Part shown: piece by piece, positions 9,236-20,080 of the stretch | Position numbering within the stretch: the first letter of the stretch is position 1 | How the letters are laid out: every line of letters begins with the position of its first letter | NCBI GenBank assembly: GCA_016712345.1 | Contig: JADJRH010000002.1 | Coordinates: 8,466 to 72,465 of the forward strand | DNA length: 64,000 bases | Reading direction: 5' to 3' | DNA from: Polyangiaceae bacterium | GTDB taxonomy: Bacteria > Myxococcota_A > Polyangia > Polyangiales > Polyangiaceae | Program-made: the position numbers and the translations under genes | Notes under the pieces: generated by a model | What the model was told of the DNA's origin: nothing | Databases searched by the model: none | Seen by the model: only the letters and a program-made list of their open reading frames with translations

Positions 9236-9565
9236 CTCTGGGGGCTCATATTTCCCACGACCGGGCCAGTGTATTCCGAATCTGAATCTGTAGTCAACGG
9301 TGAAAAAAAGTTACGTTCCATTCCGCACAGTTGAGTCGCCTTGCAGTCTAATTTTTCGAATCGCGTCCATTTTGCGCAACACCCCCAATGGCCTTGATGG
9401 ATACTGACTTTCTGACTTTTCCACTCGACTGTCAGGTTAGAAAGGCGGTGTACACAACCACGGTGTTGTGTCAATCAGTTTATACAAAATAAAACGGAGC
9501 CGCCCGGTGCTTGCAACACCGAACGGCCCCTTGACCTGCCCCCCGCAGCAACGGAGAGCAAGCCC
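9236..9565 (+). promoter_or_regulatory. Conserved about 330-bp leader/promoter region of sigma-factor cassette (paralog 1)
   Basis: Conserved in all six sigma cassettes. Contains GTCAAC-N15-CGTTCC, an ECF -35/-10-like element, and an ACACAAC-N4-6-GTTGTGT hairpin before the RBS. Confidence 0.4.
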
Positions 9566-10324
9566 ATGGAAAAGAATAGTCGTGATTTGTCCGCAGCTCG
9601 AATTTTCGGAGCCGCGAATGCTGTTGAGCCTGAAAATACCGATGAAATCAAGTGGCCGCCAAACGCACCAGACAAGTGGGTCAGGAGCGTGCCGGGTCGC
9701 CGCGGTAACCACCACCCATCGCTCTACTTACCCGAACCACAAGCGCGCGACCTGAATTCACTTCGCCCGGTTATCGAAAGGATCTTGCGCCGACACCGTG
9801 TAACTGCCCGCCACATTCCTGACCTGATTCAAGAGATCTTGGCGGAGTTAATTCGCGTCGCGAGAAGCCGCGGACACAGCAGTCAACCTCCCATCAACTC
9901 AACCGCGTATGGATTTGTTGCGGTGGTAGCCCGTCGCGTGGCGCGAAACCGGTCGGTGCTCAAAGCCCTCGGCGAACGGGAAGATCTCGGTGAATTGTGG
10001 GATCTGCTCGATTGTGAGGAGTCTCCCCATTCAACTTCCACGGGCGCGACTCCACTGGACTTGATAATCGAAAAGGAAGAAGAACAGAAGTTGACCGATC
10101 GACTCGACTGGTTGAGTCAGGCCACGAAGTCGAGATATTGGCGCGCTTTTTACGCCTTCACGATATTGGCCACGCCGATTGAAGACATCGCCGAAAGTGA
10201 AAATGTCAGTCCAGCCTCCATTTACGACCGTGTTCGACGAGCACGCGAAGACATCAAAGCCGCGCTCCAACGCGACAGAGCGAGCCGCGCTCCAAAGATG
10301 GACCTGAAACCATCCCAAACCTGA
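9566..10324 (+). CDS. ECF-type RNA polymerase sigma-70 factor (cassette paralog 1)
   Basis: 252 aa. Region-2-like segment HIPDLIQEILAELIRVARS...YGFVAVVARRVARNRS. Region-4 HTH segment RYWRAFYAFTILATPIEDIAESENVSPASIYDRVRRAREDIKAAL. Six paralogs are present in the window. Confidence 0.7.
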   Translation: MEKNSRDLSAARIFGAANAVEPENTDEIKWPPNAPDKWVRSVPGRRGNHHPSLYLPEPQARDLNSLRPVIERILRRHRVTARHIPDLIQEILAELIRVARSRGHSSQPPINSTAYGFVAVVARRVARNRSVLKALGEREDLGELWDLLDCEESPHSTSTGATPLDLIIEKEEEQKLTDRLDWLSQATKSRYWRAFYAFTILATPIEDIAESENVSPASIYDRVRRAREDIKAALQRDRASRAPKMDLKPSQT

Positions 10325-10492
10325 CCTGCCCAATTCTGGCCCGCCGCCCGCGCGTTTATAAATCCCCAGAAATCCGCCATTGTTATCCAATCCGACAGTC
10401 AAGTCAGATTGTCAGGCCTCCCTGATTGTGTGATTGGGTATGCCGCAAAATCTGAATGGGCTATACCATTTTGGAAAGTGGCTACGTTGCAG

Positions 10493-10593
10493 GTCTAACG
10501 TGGCAATCTGCTGCAAGCCCCAAAAGCAAGCAGAGCGGCCGAAGGACGCTCTGCGCAGCGCTGGGGATTGCCAGCAGCATTGCCGAGTTAGGT
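10493..10593 (-). other. attC site 8 (family A)
   Basis: GTCTAAC...GTTAGGT boxes. Family A arms. Confidence 0.75.
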
Positions 10594-11629
10594 ACCTGAC
10601 GCCCATTAGAGTGTTTTCGAATTTGGAACGACGCACGCCGCGTTTTGAAGGGAGTAGCCGATTCCCAGTTGTGTACACGAGGCAAACGGACAAACGCCGG
10701 TTGAGTGTGTACGCAAATCAGATTTCGCGACGCCAAACCCACCGAAAACCTCCGCGCGAGACGAATACTACCTGTCTCAACCGTCTTGTCAACGCTTTCG
10801 AGCGCGTCGCCAGCGCAACCAAAATTGACGCCCACCTCAAGCAACCTGGTCCAAGATCGGACGTACCAAACCGCGACGCCGACCGGCAGCTCTGGCCACG
10901 AAAAAATGCACGAAGGTGCCGAAATGTTGGCGAGATGAAAACCAACCTGCGCGAAACAGGAAACGCCTACAAGCGAGCAGTTTCGGTGATCTACCCACGC
11001 GCTTCCAACACGGAGTGTCGACGGACACGAGGCCTCTCAGGGGCGAACCCGAAGTACAAGTAAGCTCATCCGAAGGCGCAAATGAAGCGTCTTGAGCAAC
11101 GCTCCGATTCAAAAAGAACAATGCCGCACCGAATATCAAGCGAAGCGCGATATTTGTGTACACGCACTGCGGCCACGCGTGCCGGCGTGTTTGCGTTGTT
11201 ACACGAACGTCCTGAAAAGAAGCGAAGCGCGACAAATGTACCCATAAAAACCTACCCATGGCCGATTGCGCACATGTGGGTACACACAAACTTTTCGGAC
11301 GAAATGAGCGCCTATCAAAGCAAAGTGATTTTCAAATGAGTCATACTGCCCACGGATGTGTCGCATCGAACCCAAATCCGTCAACTCCAAATCTACCCAC
11401 GGTCGGACATGGTTAGATCATGAATTGATAATGGATTAGAAGATACCCCACCGGATGAACTACCGGTCGTCGCGGGAGTATAATTTTTGAACTTACCCAC
11501 CCTCAACCCGACCGCCGGTGAAGAACGATCAGGACATGCAAAATCCCTCGCAAAAGAGCCTCCGCGCACCAACTACCCACGTGCGCTTTCCGACAAAATT
11601 CAAGCGATTCTACCCACAAAATTCTGTGT
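10594..11629 (-). repeat. ORF-less cassette payload, family N1
   Basis: Collinear with 2897..3980. Confidence 0.6.
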
Positions 11630-11796
11630 ACCTAACGTGGCATTCAGCCGCAAAGGCCGCATCCCGCAACGTGTCAGGTGGGAAGAGGGAAGCCGCCGAG
11701 CCACATCCGTAAAACTCAAAAAAAGTGCTCGGCGGCGACCCGTGCGAGACGTGACCGGACGCGACGGCCTTTGTCGGCTGCAATGCCGAGTTAGAC
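11630..11796 (-). other. attC site 9 (family L)
   Basis: ACCTAAC...GTTAGAC boxes. Long palindrome. Confidence 0.65.
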
Positions 11797-12125
11797 CTCT
11801 GGGGGCTCATATTTCCCACGACCGGGCCAGTGTATTCCGAATCTGAATCTGTAGTCAACTGTGAAAAAAAGTTACGTTCCATTCCGCACAGTTGAGTCGC
11901 CTTGCAGTCTAATTTTTCGAATCGCGTCCATTTTGCGCAACACCCCCAATGGCCTTGATGGATACTGACTTTCTGACTTTTCCACTCGACTGTCAGGTCA
12001 GAAAGGCGGTGTACACAACCGCGGAGTTGTGTCAATCAGTTTATACAAAATAAAACGGAGCCGCCCGGTGCGTCAACACCGAACGGCCCCTTGACCTGCC
12101 CCCCGCAGCAACGGAGAGCAAGCCC
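11797..12125 (+). promoter_or_regulatory. Conserved sigma-cassette leader (paralog 2)
   Basis: Same conserved block as 9236..9565. Confidence 0.4.
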
Positions 12126-12884
12126 ATGGAAAAGAATAGTCGTGATTTGTCCGCAGCTCGAATTTTCGGAGCCGCGAATGCTGTTGAGCCTGAAAATACC
12201 GATGAAATCAAGTGGCCGCCAAACGCACCAGACAAGTGGGTCAGGAGCGTGCCGGGGCGCCGCGGTAACCACCACCCATCGCTCTACTTACCCGAACCAC
12301 AAGCGCGCGACCTGAATTCACTTCGCCCGGTGATCGAAAGGATCTTGCGCCGACACCGTGTAACTCCTCGCCACATTCCCGACCTGATTCAAGAGATCTT
12401 GGCGGAGTTAATTCGCGTGGCGAGAAGCCGCGGGCACAGCAGTCAACCTCCCATCAACTCAACTGCGTACGGATTTGTTGCGGTGGTAGCCCGTCGCGTG
12501 GCGCGAAACCGGTCGGTGCTCAAAGCCCTTGGTGAACGGGAAGATCTCGGTGAATTGTGGGATCTGCTCGATTGTGAGGAGTCTCCCCATTCAACTACAA
12601 CGAGCACCACTCCACTGGACTTGATAATCGAAAAGGAAGAAGAACAGAAGTTGACCGATCGACTCGACTGGTTGAGTCAGGCCACAAAGTCGAGATATTG
12701 GCGCGCTTTTTATGCGTTTACCATTTTGGCCGTGCCAATCGAAGACATCGCCGAAAGTGAAAATGTCAGTCCAGCCTCCATTTACGACCGTGTTCGACGA
12801 GCCCGCGAAGACATCAAAGCCGCGCTCCAACGCGACAGAGCGAGCCGCGCGCCAAAGATGGACCTGAAACCATCCCAAACCTGA
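12126..12884 (+). CDS. ECF-type sigma-70 factor (paralog 2)
   Basis: Same architecture as paralog 1, with a few substitutions. Confidence 0.7.
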   Translation: MEKNSRDLSAARIFGAANAVEPENTDEIKWPPNAPDKWVRSVPGRRGNHHPSLYLPEPQARDLNSLRPVIERILRRHRVTPRHIPDLIQEILAELIRVARSRGHSSQPPINSTAYGFVAVVARRVARNRSVLKALGEREDLGELWDLLDCEESPHSTTTSTTPLDLIIEKEEEQKLTDRLDWLSQATKSRYWRAFYAFTILAVPIEDIAESENVSPASIYDRVRRAREDIKAALQRDRASRAPKMDLKPSQT

Positions 12885-13050
12885 CCTTACCCAATTCGAG
12901 CCCGCCGCCCTGCCTTTGCCGGGGCCGACAAAAATAGCCATTTCATTCAATCTGATAGTCAAGTCGGATTGTCAATTTTCCCGATTGGGTGATTGGGAAT
13001 GCCGCAAATCTGAATGGGCTATACCATTTTGGAAAGTGGCTGCGTTGCAG

Positions 13051-13144
13051 GTCTAACGTGGGGCTGTGCTGTGGCCGCGCCGCAGCGCGCGCGGCACCGC
13101 CGCGCGCGCTGCGGCGCGGCCATCTGCACCAGCCCGGAGTTGGG
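13051..13144 (-). other. attC site 10 (family P, GC-rich palindrome)
   Basis: GTCTAAC...GTTGGGG boxes. GCCGCAGCGCGCGCGGCACCGCCGCGCGCGCTGCGGC palindrome. Confidence 0.6.
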
Positions 13145-13228
13145 GGGCATCTTGCGGTGACGCTCTGAGTCCATGTCGTACCCGTTCCATAAATGAGATT
13201 CTCATCAGAAGGCGGTAACTTGCCAAGG

Positions 13229-14260
13229 CTATTCCAGCATCACCTCACTGCTGCAATGGGCACAGCGAGTTCCGCCCCAGTACCATATTCCGCCGAATCG
13301 CGCACAGAGCTTGTCACCGACGCGGACCAATGCCCCATACAGCAATGCGCCGAAGATCCACCAGTATGAGCGCCACATCCAGCCAGCCAATAGCGCGAGC
13401 AGCAAGAATGGCAGGCCAGCAGCATCGAGTCCGTCTGCACGAGGATACACGCGGAGGCTCCGCTGGCCGCAGCTCGGACACTCCTTCGGTGCTGTTCGCC
13501 ATGCGATGGTCAGAGTCAGCACGGCGGCAACGAGCGTTCCTGACGCGTATAGCAGCATGCACAGACCCAGCATACGCCAGGTGATGGGATGGAGTCCCTT
13601 GGCGGAGACGAAGCCCGGCTCCATCTCGAGAAACCCGTGCAGGTTGATGGTTTCCCACGTTCCTTCCAACCCCTTCGATGGGAACCCCCAATGGTATACT
13701 TCCAACGACAGCGTGTCGAGCGAACCCATGGCAAACGCCGCGAACGCGAACATGACGCCACCATGGACGCCAAGAGAGAGGAGGGCACTCTGGACCGCTC
13801 GGCAGTGCATGGTGTAGTCTATGGCCCCACCTTGGGTTACGAGACGGTTCGCCCTGAGGGACATGGTCGTGCCGAGTGTAGCGAAGCAAAGCACTGTCAA
13901 GACCAGGAGCCAATTGGCTTCGCGAGCTGCATCGATAGCTACGAGGATGCATCCTAGATGTCCGGCGTAAAGAGCGCCGCTTGTAAATGCCGTTGCGGGC
14001 ACCCAAAGTGGCATAGGCAGATGCTTTATCGTGCTCGGCGAAGCGCGATGCACAGCCGGAGCATCAGTGACGGGGTGCGCGATGGAATGGGTCCAGGCTG
14101 CGCGTGCCTTCACTGAACCGAGACGCCACATGATTGCGCCAAGGAGGATGCCAGCCGTGAGCGCCACGAGCAGCACGCGAAGTGGGGAATTGAGCACGCG
14201 AAGGTACAGGGGATTGAGCATCACCAATCCCCGTCGATGAGTGCGGTCAGGGTGCGCCAC
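13229..14260 (-). CDS. Polytopic membrane protein (about 7 predicted TM segments, Cys-x2-Cys pairs), copy 1
   Basis: 343 aa with several long hydrophobic stretches plus CPSCG and CAHC motifs. An identical copy lies at 37950..38981. Confidence 0.6.
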   Translation of the reverse strand: MAHPDRTHRRGLVMLNPLYLRVLNSPLRVLLVALTAGILLGAIMWRLGSVKARAAWTHSIAHPVTDAPAVHRASPSTIKHLPMPLWVPATAFTSGALYAGHLGCILVAIDAAREANWLLVLTVLCFATLGTTMSLRANRLVTQGGAIDYTMHCRAVQSALLSLGVHGGVMFAFAAFAMGSLDTLSLEVYHWGFPSKGLEGTWETINLHGFLEMEPGFVSAKGLHPITWRMLGLCMLLYASGTLVAAVLTLTIAWRTAPKECPSCGQRSLRVYPRADGLDAAGLPFLLLALLAGWMWRSYWWIFGALLYGALVRVGDKLCARFGGIWYWGGTRCAHCSSEVMLE

Positions 14261-14276
14261 ACTCGGCGTTGCCTAG

Positions 14277-14383
14277 CCCCCCCAACGTGGGGTTGTGCTG
14301 CAAGCCCCGAGAGCAAGCAGAGGGGCGCGTCAGCGACGCTCTGCGCAGCGTCGGGGCTTGTCAGAACCAACCCCTGGTTGGAC
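14277..14383 (-). other. attC site 11 (family G)
   Basis: CCCCAAC...GTTGGAC boxes. Arms GGGGTTGTGCTGCAAGCCCC / GGGGCTTGTCAGAACCAACCCC. Confidence 0.7.
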
Positions 14384-14714
14384 CTCTGGGGATTGCTACG
14401 ACCCATGTTTTGGAGCATCGTATTCCGAATCTGAATCTGTAGTCAACTGAGAAAAAAAGTTACGTTCCATTCCGCACAGTTGAGTCGCGTTGCAGTCTAA
14501 TTTTTCGATTCGCGTCCATTTTGCGCGCCGCCCCGAATGGCCCCGATGGATACTGACGCTCTGACATTCCACTCGACTGTCAGGTCAGAAAGGCGGTGTA
14601 CACAACCGCGGCGTTGTGTCAACGAGTTTGTACAAAATAAAACGGAGCCGGCCGGTGCTTGGAACCACCGAACGGCCCCTTGACCTGCGCCCCGCACCAA
14701 CGGAGAGCAAGCCC
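14384..14714 (+). promoter_or_regulatory. Conserved sigma-cassette leader (paralog 3)
   Basis: Same conserved block. Confidence 0.4.
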
Positions 14715-15473
14715 ATGGAAAAGAATAGTCGTGATTTGTCCGCAGCTCGAATTTTCGGAGCCGCGAATGCTGTTGAGCCTGAAAAAACCGATGAAATCAA
14801 GTGGCCGCCAAATGCACCGGACAAGTGGGTGAAGAGCGCGCCGGGCCGCCGCGGCAACCACCACCCATCGCTCTACTTACCCGAACCACAAGCCCGCGAC
14901 CTGAATTCACTTCGCCCGGTGATCGAAAGGATTTTGCGCCGCCACCGTGTAACTCCCCGTCACATTCCTGACCTGATTCAAGAGATCTTGGCGGAGTTAA
15001 TTCGCGTTGCGAGAAGCCGCGGACACAGCAGTCAACCTCCCATCAACTCAACCGCGTACGGATTTGTCGCGGTAGTGGCGCGCCGAGTGGCGCGAAACCG
15101 GTCGGTGCTCAAAGCCCTTGGCGAGCAAGAAACACTCGGTGAATTGTGGGATCTGCTCGATTGTCAGGAATCTCCCCATTCGACTGCGAGGAGTACAACT
15201 CCACTCGATTTGATGATTGAGAAAGAAGAAGAACAGAAGTTGACCGATCGACTCGACTGGTTGAGTCAGGCCACGAAGCCGAGATATTGGCGCGCTTTTT
15301 ATGCATTCACCATTTTGGCCGTACCGATCGAAGACATTGCCGAGAGTGAAAATATCAGTCCGGCCTCGACTTACGATCGGATTCGACGAGCACGCGACGA
15401 CATCAAAGCCGCGCTCCAACGCGACCGGGCGAGCCGTGCACCAAAGATGGACCTGAAGCCATCCCAAACCTGA
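14715..15473 (+). CDS. ECF-type sigma-70 factor (paralog 3)
   Basis: Starts at the conserved MEKNSRDL methionine inside track ORF 14616..15473. Confidence 0.7.
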   Translation: MEKNSRDLSAARIFGAANAVEPEKTDEIKWPPNAPDKWVKSAPGRRGNHHPSLYLPEPQARDLNSLRPVIERILRRHRVTPRHIPDLIQEILAELIRVARSRGHSSQPPINSTAYGFVAVVARRVARNRSVLKALGEQETLGELWDLLDCQESPHSTARSTTPLDLMIEKEEEQKLTDRLDWLSQATKPRYWRAFYAFTILAVPIEDIAESENISPASTYDRIRRARDDIKAALQRDRASRAPKMDLKPSQT

Positions 15474-15637
15474 CCTTCCATTTTCGCCCCGCCTGCGCTC
15501 GCTTTTCTCAACCCGCAAAATGCACTGTACAAAGGGACTTGATGGTCAAGTCGAGTGTACATTTGTGTGCCATTGAGTTGCTGGGTCTGCACCAAATGTC
15601 ACTGGGGTATACCATTTAGAAAGGCGCTATTTTGTAG

Positions 15638-15741
15638 GTCCAACGTGCTGTTCAGCTGCAAGCGCCGAAAGCAAGCAGAGGGGCGCGTCAGCGACGCTCT
15701 GCGCAGCGTCGGCGTTTGCCAGCTGCAACAGCTGGTTGGGC
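15638..15741 (-). other. attC site 12 (family D)
   Basis: GTCCAAC...GTTGGGC boxes. Arms GCTGTTCAGCTGCAAGCGCC / GGCGTTTGCCAGCTGCAACAGC. Confidence 0.7.
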
Positions 15742-16281
15742 GTGCGAGTAGGCAAGTGGCCTCGAAAGGACGACACGCCCGGCCTCAACTTGCCCGAGCC
15801 ATTTGACTCAAGAGAACACGGCCACACGCTTCGTTTCTCAGGACGCGCCGCACCGCCGGGTCGGCAATCAAAAGGCAACGGCGCAAATCTACCCATGCTC
15901 AAGTGCCCGCCACGGTGAGAGCCACGAAGCGAATGCTATCTGTGGCCCAGCGGGTGTCAATTGCCAAAATGGTCCACCATCCGAAAAAAAGCTCGACCGC
16001 TGGGCCAATGTTCTTGCGTAATTGATAACGCGCGACTCTGTTCGACGGTCAACCGCCGCCGTCAAACTTCACTACTGCCCTCGCCGTGCGCTACTACTTG
16101 CTTTGTGCCCAGGGAGGCGTGCAAGATTTCGCAGAAAAACATCGACCCGCTGACTTGAAAACGTCCGCTCCCTCCTGCCGCCAATGTGTGCGCCCCGAGG
16201 GGGCCGGTTCTCAGTTCGATACAAATTGGGTTCAGTGTGGGAATCCTGTTTGTAATAGACAGACAGACGGTCGCTCGCTCG

Positions 16282-17103
16282 CTACCTACCATCATGATCG
16301 TCCTCGTCAGATGACGATGCAGTCGGGAGCCCAGCATGTTCAAAGCAGAAAGCCAGATCTGGGCCGTACGCATGGTCGCCACAGAATGCTGCTCCGCACC
16401 ACTTCGGGTTGAGGTCACCTTCTTCGAGCGGATAATCGCAGTAGAAGTCAGCGAATGCGGAACAATTACCGTTTTCGCAAGTGAGTGATCGCTCGTTGGT
16501 CGCCGTTGGAAGTGGGTAGTATAAAGGGATGTGCTTTATTGAGAACGTGACACTTGGAATATTCGTTAGCGGCGCATCAATACGGCCCTGCGCCAGCGTG
16601 TCAGCGATCGCGAGTTTCAGATACCGTCGTACCAAGAGCAACGGAGGGAAAGCGTTCCTCAATGCGTACCACTCCAGTACGTCGCGAGCGGACTTACTGC
16701 TATTACATGAGCGACACGCCCAAACGAGATTGTCACCGGATTCAGCACCGCCGCGGTGTCTTGGAATCAGGTGATCGCCGTGAAGCTTCGGTGGCGGGGT
16801 TGCACCGCAATAAACGCAACGATCCCTGGGCATCTCGAGGACGTCGGCGAAAAGCGTTCCAAGCTTCATCGTGCCTTGGCAGAGGCCTTTGAAGAGCTTT
16901 GCTCGAACCATCCAACACCCAGCGTCGTATCTGGTGAGGCCGCGCTTTTCGGCGACACCTGCTGCCGCGAGATTTGCGTACGACCAATACAGGAGTTCGC
17001 CGACGGTTTCGATCCGCTTCGATCTATTTCCGGTCGTTCTATACCGACGAATAGGTGCGCCGCCGCTCTCGATTCCGCCCGGGATCTGATTCTGGTTTGA
17101 CAT
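16282..17103 (-). CDS. HNH endonuclease-domain protein with C-terminal Cys-rich region, copy a
   Basis: HNH motif CVYCGATPPPKLHGDHLIPRHRGGAESGDNLVWACRSCNSSK. ATG at 17103 (MSNQNQ); the track's upstream start falls inside an attC. Confidence 0.7.
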   Translation of the reverse strand: MSNQNQIPGGIESGGAPIRRYRTTGNRSKRIETVGELLYWSYANLAAAGVAEKRGLTRYDAGCWMVRAKLFKGLCQGTMKLGTLFADVLEMPRDRCVYCGATPPPKLHGDHLIPRHRGGAESGDNLVWACRSCNSSKSARDVLEWYALRNAFPPLLLVRRYLKLAIADTLAQGRIDAPLTNIPSVTFSIKHIPLYYPLPTATNERSLTCENGNCSAFADFYCDYPLEEGDLNPKWCGAAFCGDHAYGPDLAFCFEHAGLPTASSSDEDDHDGR

Positions 17104-17130
17104 CACACGTATGCGTTCACTTCTTCGTCC

Positions 17131-17233
17131 GCCCAACGTGCTGTTCAGCTGCAAGCGCCGAAAGCAAGCAGAGGGGCGCGTCAGCGACGCTCTGCGCAGC
17201 GTCGGCGTTTGCCAGCTGCAACAGCTGGTTGGG
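17131..17233 (-). other. attC site 13 (family D)
   Basis: GCCCAAC...GTTGGGC boxes. Same arms as site 12. Confidence 0.7.
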
Positions 17234-17776
17234 CGTGCGAGTAGGCAAGTGGCCTCGAAAGGACGACACGCCCGGCCTCAACTTGCCCGGAGCCATTTGA
17301 CTCAAGAGAACACGGCCACACGCTTCGTTTCTCAGGACGCGCCGCACCGCCGGGTCGGCAATCAAAAGGCAACGGCGCAAATCTACCCATGCTCAAGTGC
17401 CCGCCACGGTGAGAGCCACGAAGCGAATGCTATCTGTGGCCCAACGGGTGTCAATTGCCAAAATGGTCCACCATCCGAAAAAAAGCTCGACCGCTGGGCC
17501 AATGTTCTTGCGTAATTGATAACGCGCGACTCTGTTCGACGGTCAACCGCCGCCGTCAAACTTCACTACTGCCCTCGCCATGCGCTACTACTTGCTTCGT
17601 GCCCAGGGAGGCGTGCAAGATTTCGCAGAAAAACATCGACCCGGTGACTTGAAAACGTCCGCCCGCACCTGCCGCCAATGTGTGCGCCCCGAGCGGGGCC
17701 GGTTCTCAGTTCGATACAAATTGGGTTCAGTGTGGGAATCCTGTTTGTAATAGACAGACAGACGGTCGCTCGCTCG

Positions 17777-18598
17777 CTACCTACCATCATGATCGTCCTC
17801 GTCAGATGACGATGCAGTTGGGAGCCCACCATGTTCAAAGCAGAAAGCCAGATCTGGGCCGTACGCATGGTCGCCACAGAATGCTGCTCCGCACCACTTC
17901 GGGTTGAGGTCGCCTTCTTCGAGCGGATAATCGCAGTAGAAGTCAGCGAATGCGGAACAATTACCGTTTTCGCAAGTGAGTGATCGCTCGTTGGTCGCCG
18001 TTGGAAGTGGGTAGTATAAAGGGATGTGCTTTATTGAGAACGTGACACTTGGAATATTCGTTAGCGGCGCATCAATACAGCCCTGCGCCAGCGCGTCAGC
18101 GATCGCGAGTTTCAGATACCGTCGTACCAAGAGCAACGGAGGGAAAGCGTTCCTCAATGCGTACCACTCCAGTACGTCGCGAGCGGACTTACTGCTATTA
18201 CATGAGCGACACGCCCAAACGAGATTGTCACCGGATTCAGCACCGCCGCGGTGTCTTGGAATCAGGTGATCGCCGTGAAGCTTCGGTGGCGGGGTTGCAC
18301 CGCAATAAACGCAACGACCCCTGGGCATCTCGAGGACGTCGGCGAAAAGCGTTCCAAGCTTCATCGTGCCTTGGCAGAGGCCTTTGAAGAGCTTTGCTCG
18401 AACCATCCAACACCCAGCGTCGTAACTCGTGAGGCCGCGCTTATCGGCGACACCTGCTGCCGCGAGATTTGCGTACGACCAATACAGGAGTTCGCCGACG
18501 GTTTCGATCCGCTTCGATCTATTTCCGGTCGTTCTATACCGACGAATAGGTGCGCCGCCGCTCTCGATTCCGCCCGGGATCTGATTCTGGTTTGACAT
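17777..18598 (-). CDS. HNH endonuclease-domain protein, copy b
   Basis: Near-identical tandem cassette duplicate of copy a. ATG at 18598. Confidence 0.7.
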   Translation of the reverse strand: MSNQNQIPGGIESGGAPIRRYRTTGNRSKRIETVGELLYWSYANLAAAGVADKRGLTSYDAGCWMVRAKLFKGLCQGTMKLGTLFADVLEMPRGRCVYCGATPPPKLHGDHLIPRHRGGAESGDNLVWACRSCNSSKSARDVLEWYALRNAFPPLLLVRRYLKLAIADALAQGCIDAPLTNIPSVTFSIKHIPLYYPLPTATNERSLTCENGNCSAFADFYCDYPLEEGDLNPKWCGAAFCGDHAYGPDLAFCFEHGGLPTASSSDEDDHDGR

Positions 18599-18625
18599 CA
18601 CACGTATGCGTTCACTTCTTCGTCC

Positions 18626-18729
18626 GCCCAACGTGGGGTTGTGCTGCAAGCCCCGAAAGCAAGCAGAGGGGCGCGTCAGCGACGCTCTGCGCAGCGTCGG
18701 GGCTTGTCAGAACCAACCCCTGGTTGGAC
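18626..18729 (-). other. attC site 14 (family G)
   Basis: GCCCAAC...GTTGGAC boxes. Family G arms. Confidence 0.7.
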
Positions 18730-19056
18730 CTCTGGGGATTGCTACGACCCATGTTTTGGAGCATCGTATTCCGAATCTGAATCTGTAGTCAACTGTGAAA
18801 AAAGTTACGTTCCATTCCGCACAGTTGAGTCGCCTTGCAGTCTAATTTTTCGAATCGCGTCCATTTTGCGCACCACCCCGAATGGCTCCGATGGATACTG
18901 ACTTTCGACCGTGCACTCGACTGTCAGGTCAGAAAGGCGGTGTACGCAACCACGGAGTTGTGTCAACGAGTTTGTACAAAATAAAACGGAGCCGCCCGGT
19001 GCTGGAACACCGAACGGCCCCTTGACCTGCCCCCCGCCGAAACGGAGAGCAAGCCC
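18730..19056 (+). promoter_or_regulatory. Conserved sigma-cassette leader (paralog 4)
   Basis: Same conserved block. Confidence 0.4.
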
Positions 19057-19815
19057 ATGGAAAAGAATAGTCGCGATTTGTCCGCAGCTCGAATTTTCGG
19101 AGCCGCGAATGCTGTTGAGCCTGAAAAAACCGATGAAATCAAGTGGCCGCCAAATGCACCGGACAAGTGGGTGAAGAGCGCGCCGGGCGGCCGCGGCAAC
19201 CACCACCCATCGCTCTACTTACCCGAACCGCAAGCCCGCGACCTGAATTCACTTCGCCCGGTGATCGAAAGGATCTTGCGCCGCCACCGTGTAACTCCCC
19301 GTCACATTCCTGACCTGATTCAAGAGATCTTGGCGGAGTTAATTCGCGTTGCGAGAAGCCGCGGACACAGCAGTCAACCTCCCATCAACTCAACCGCGTA
19401 CGGATTTGTAGCGGTCGTGGCCCGTCGAGTGGCGCGAAACCGGTCGGTGCTCAAAGCCCTTGGCGAGCAAGAAACACTCGGTGAATTGTGGGATTTGCTT
19501 GATTGTCAGGAATCTCCCCATTCGACTGCGACGAGTACAACTCCACTTGACTTGATGATCGAAAAAGAAGAAGAACAGAAGTTGACCGATCGACTCGACT
19601 GGTTGAGTCAGGCCACGAAGCCGAGATATTGGCGCGCTTTTTATGCATTCACCATTTTGGCCGTGCCGATCGAAGACATTGCCGAGAGTGAGAATATCAG
19701 TCCGGCCTCGACTTACGATCGCATTCGACGAGCACGAGACGACATCAAGGCCGCGCTCCACCGCGATCGGGCGAGCCGCGCACCAAAGATGGACCTGAAA
19801 CCATCCCAAACCTGA
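19057..19815 (+). CDS. ECF-type sigma-70 factor (paralog 4)
   Basis: Paralog with the same start (MEKNSRDL) and the same region-2 and region-4 motifs. Confidence 0.7.
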   Translation: MEKNSRDLSAARIFGAANAVEPEKTDEIKWPPNAPDKWVKSAPGGRGNHHPSLYLPEPQARDLNSLRPVIERILRRHRVTPRHIPDLIQEILAELIRVARSRGHSSQPPINSTAYGFVAVVARRVARNRSVLKALGEQETLGELWDLLDCQESPHSTATSTTPLDLMIEKEEEQKLTDRLDWLSQATKPRYWRAFYAFTILAVPIEDIAESENISPASTYDRIRRARDDIKAALHRDRASRAPKMDLKPSQT

Positions 19816-19979
19816 CGTTCCATTTTCGTCCCGCCTGCGCTCGCTTTTTTCAATCCCCAAAACGCATTGTACAAACGGACTTGATAGTCAAGTCAAGTGT
19901 ACATTTGTGTGCAATTGAGTTGCTGGGTCTGCACCAAATGTCACTGGGGTATACCATTTAGAAAGGCGCTATTTTGTAG

Positions 19980-20080
19980 GTCCAACGTTGCGGTGTGCTG
20001 CGGCCGGGCGGCGCAAGCAGGGCGGACGAAGGACGCCCTGCGCAGCAAGCCTGGCCGTCAGTACCAGCGCATGGTTGGGC
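19980..20080 (-). other. attC site 15 (family C)
   Basis: GTCCAAC...GTTGGGC boxes. Family C arms. Confidence 0.7.
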
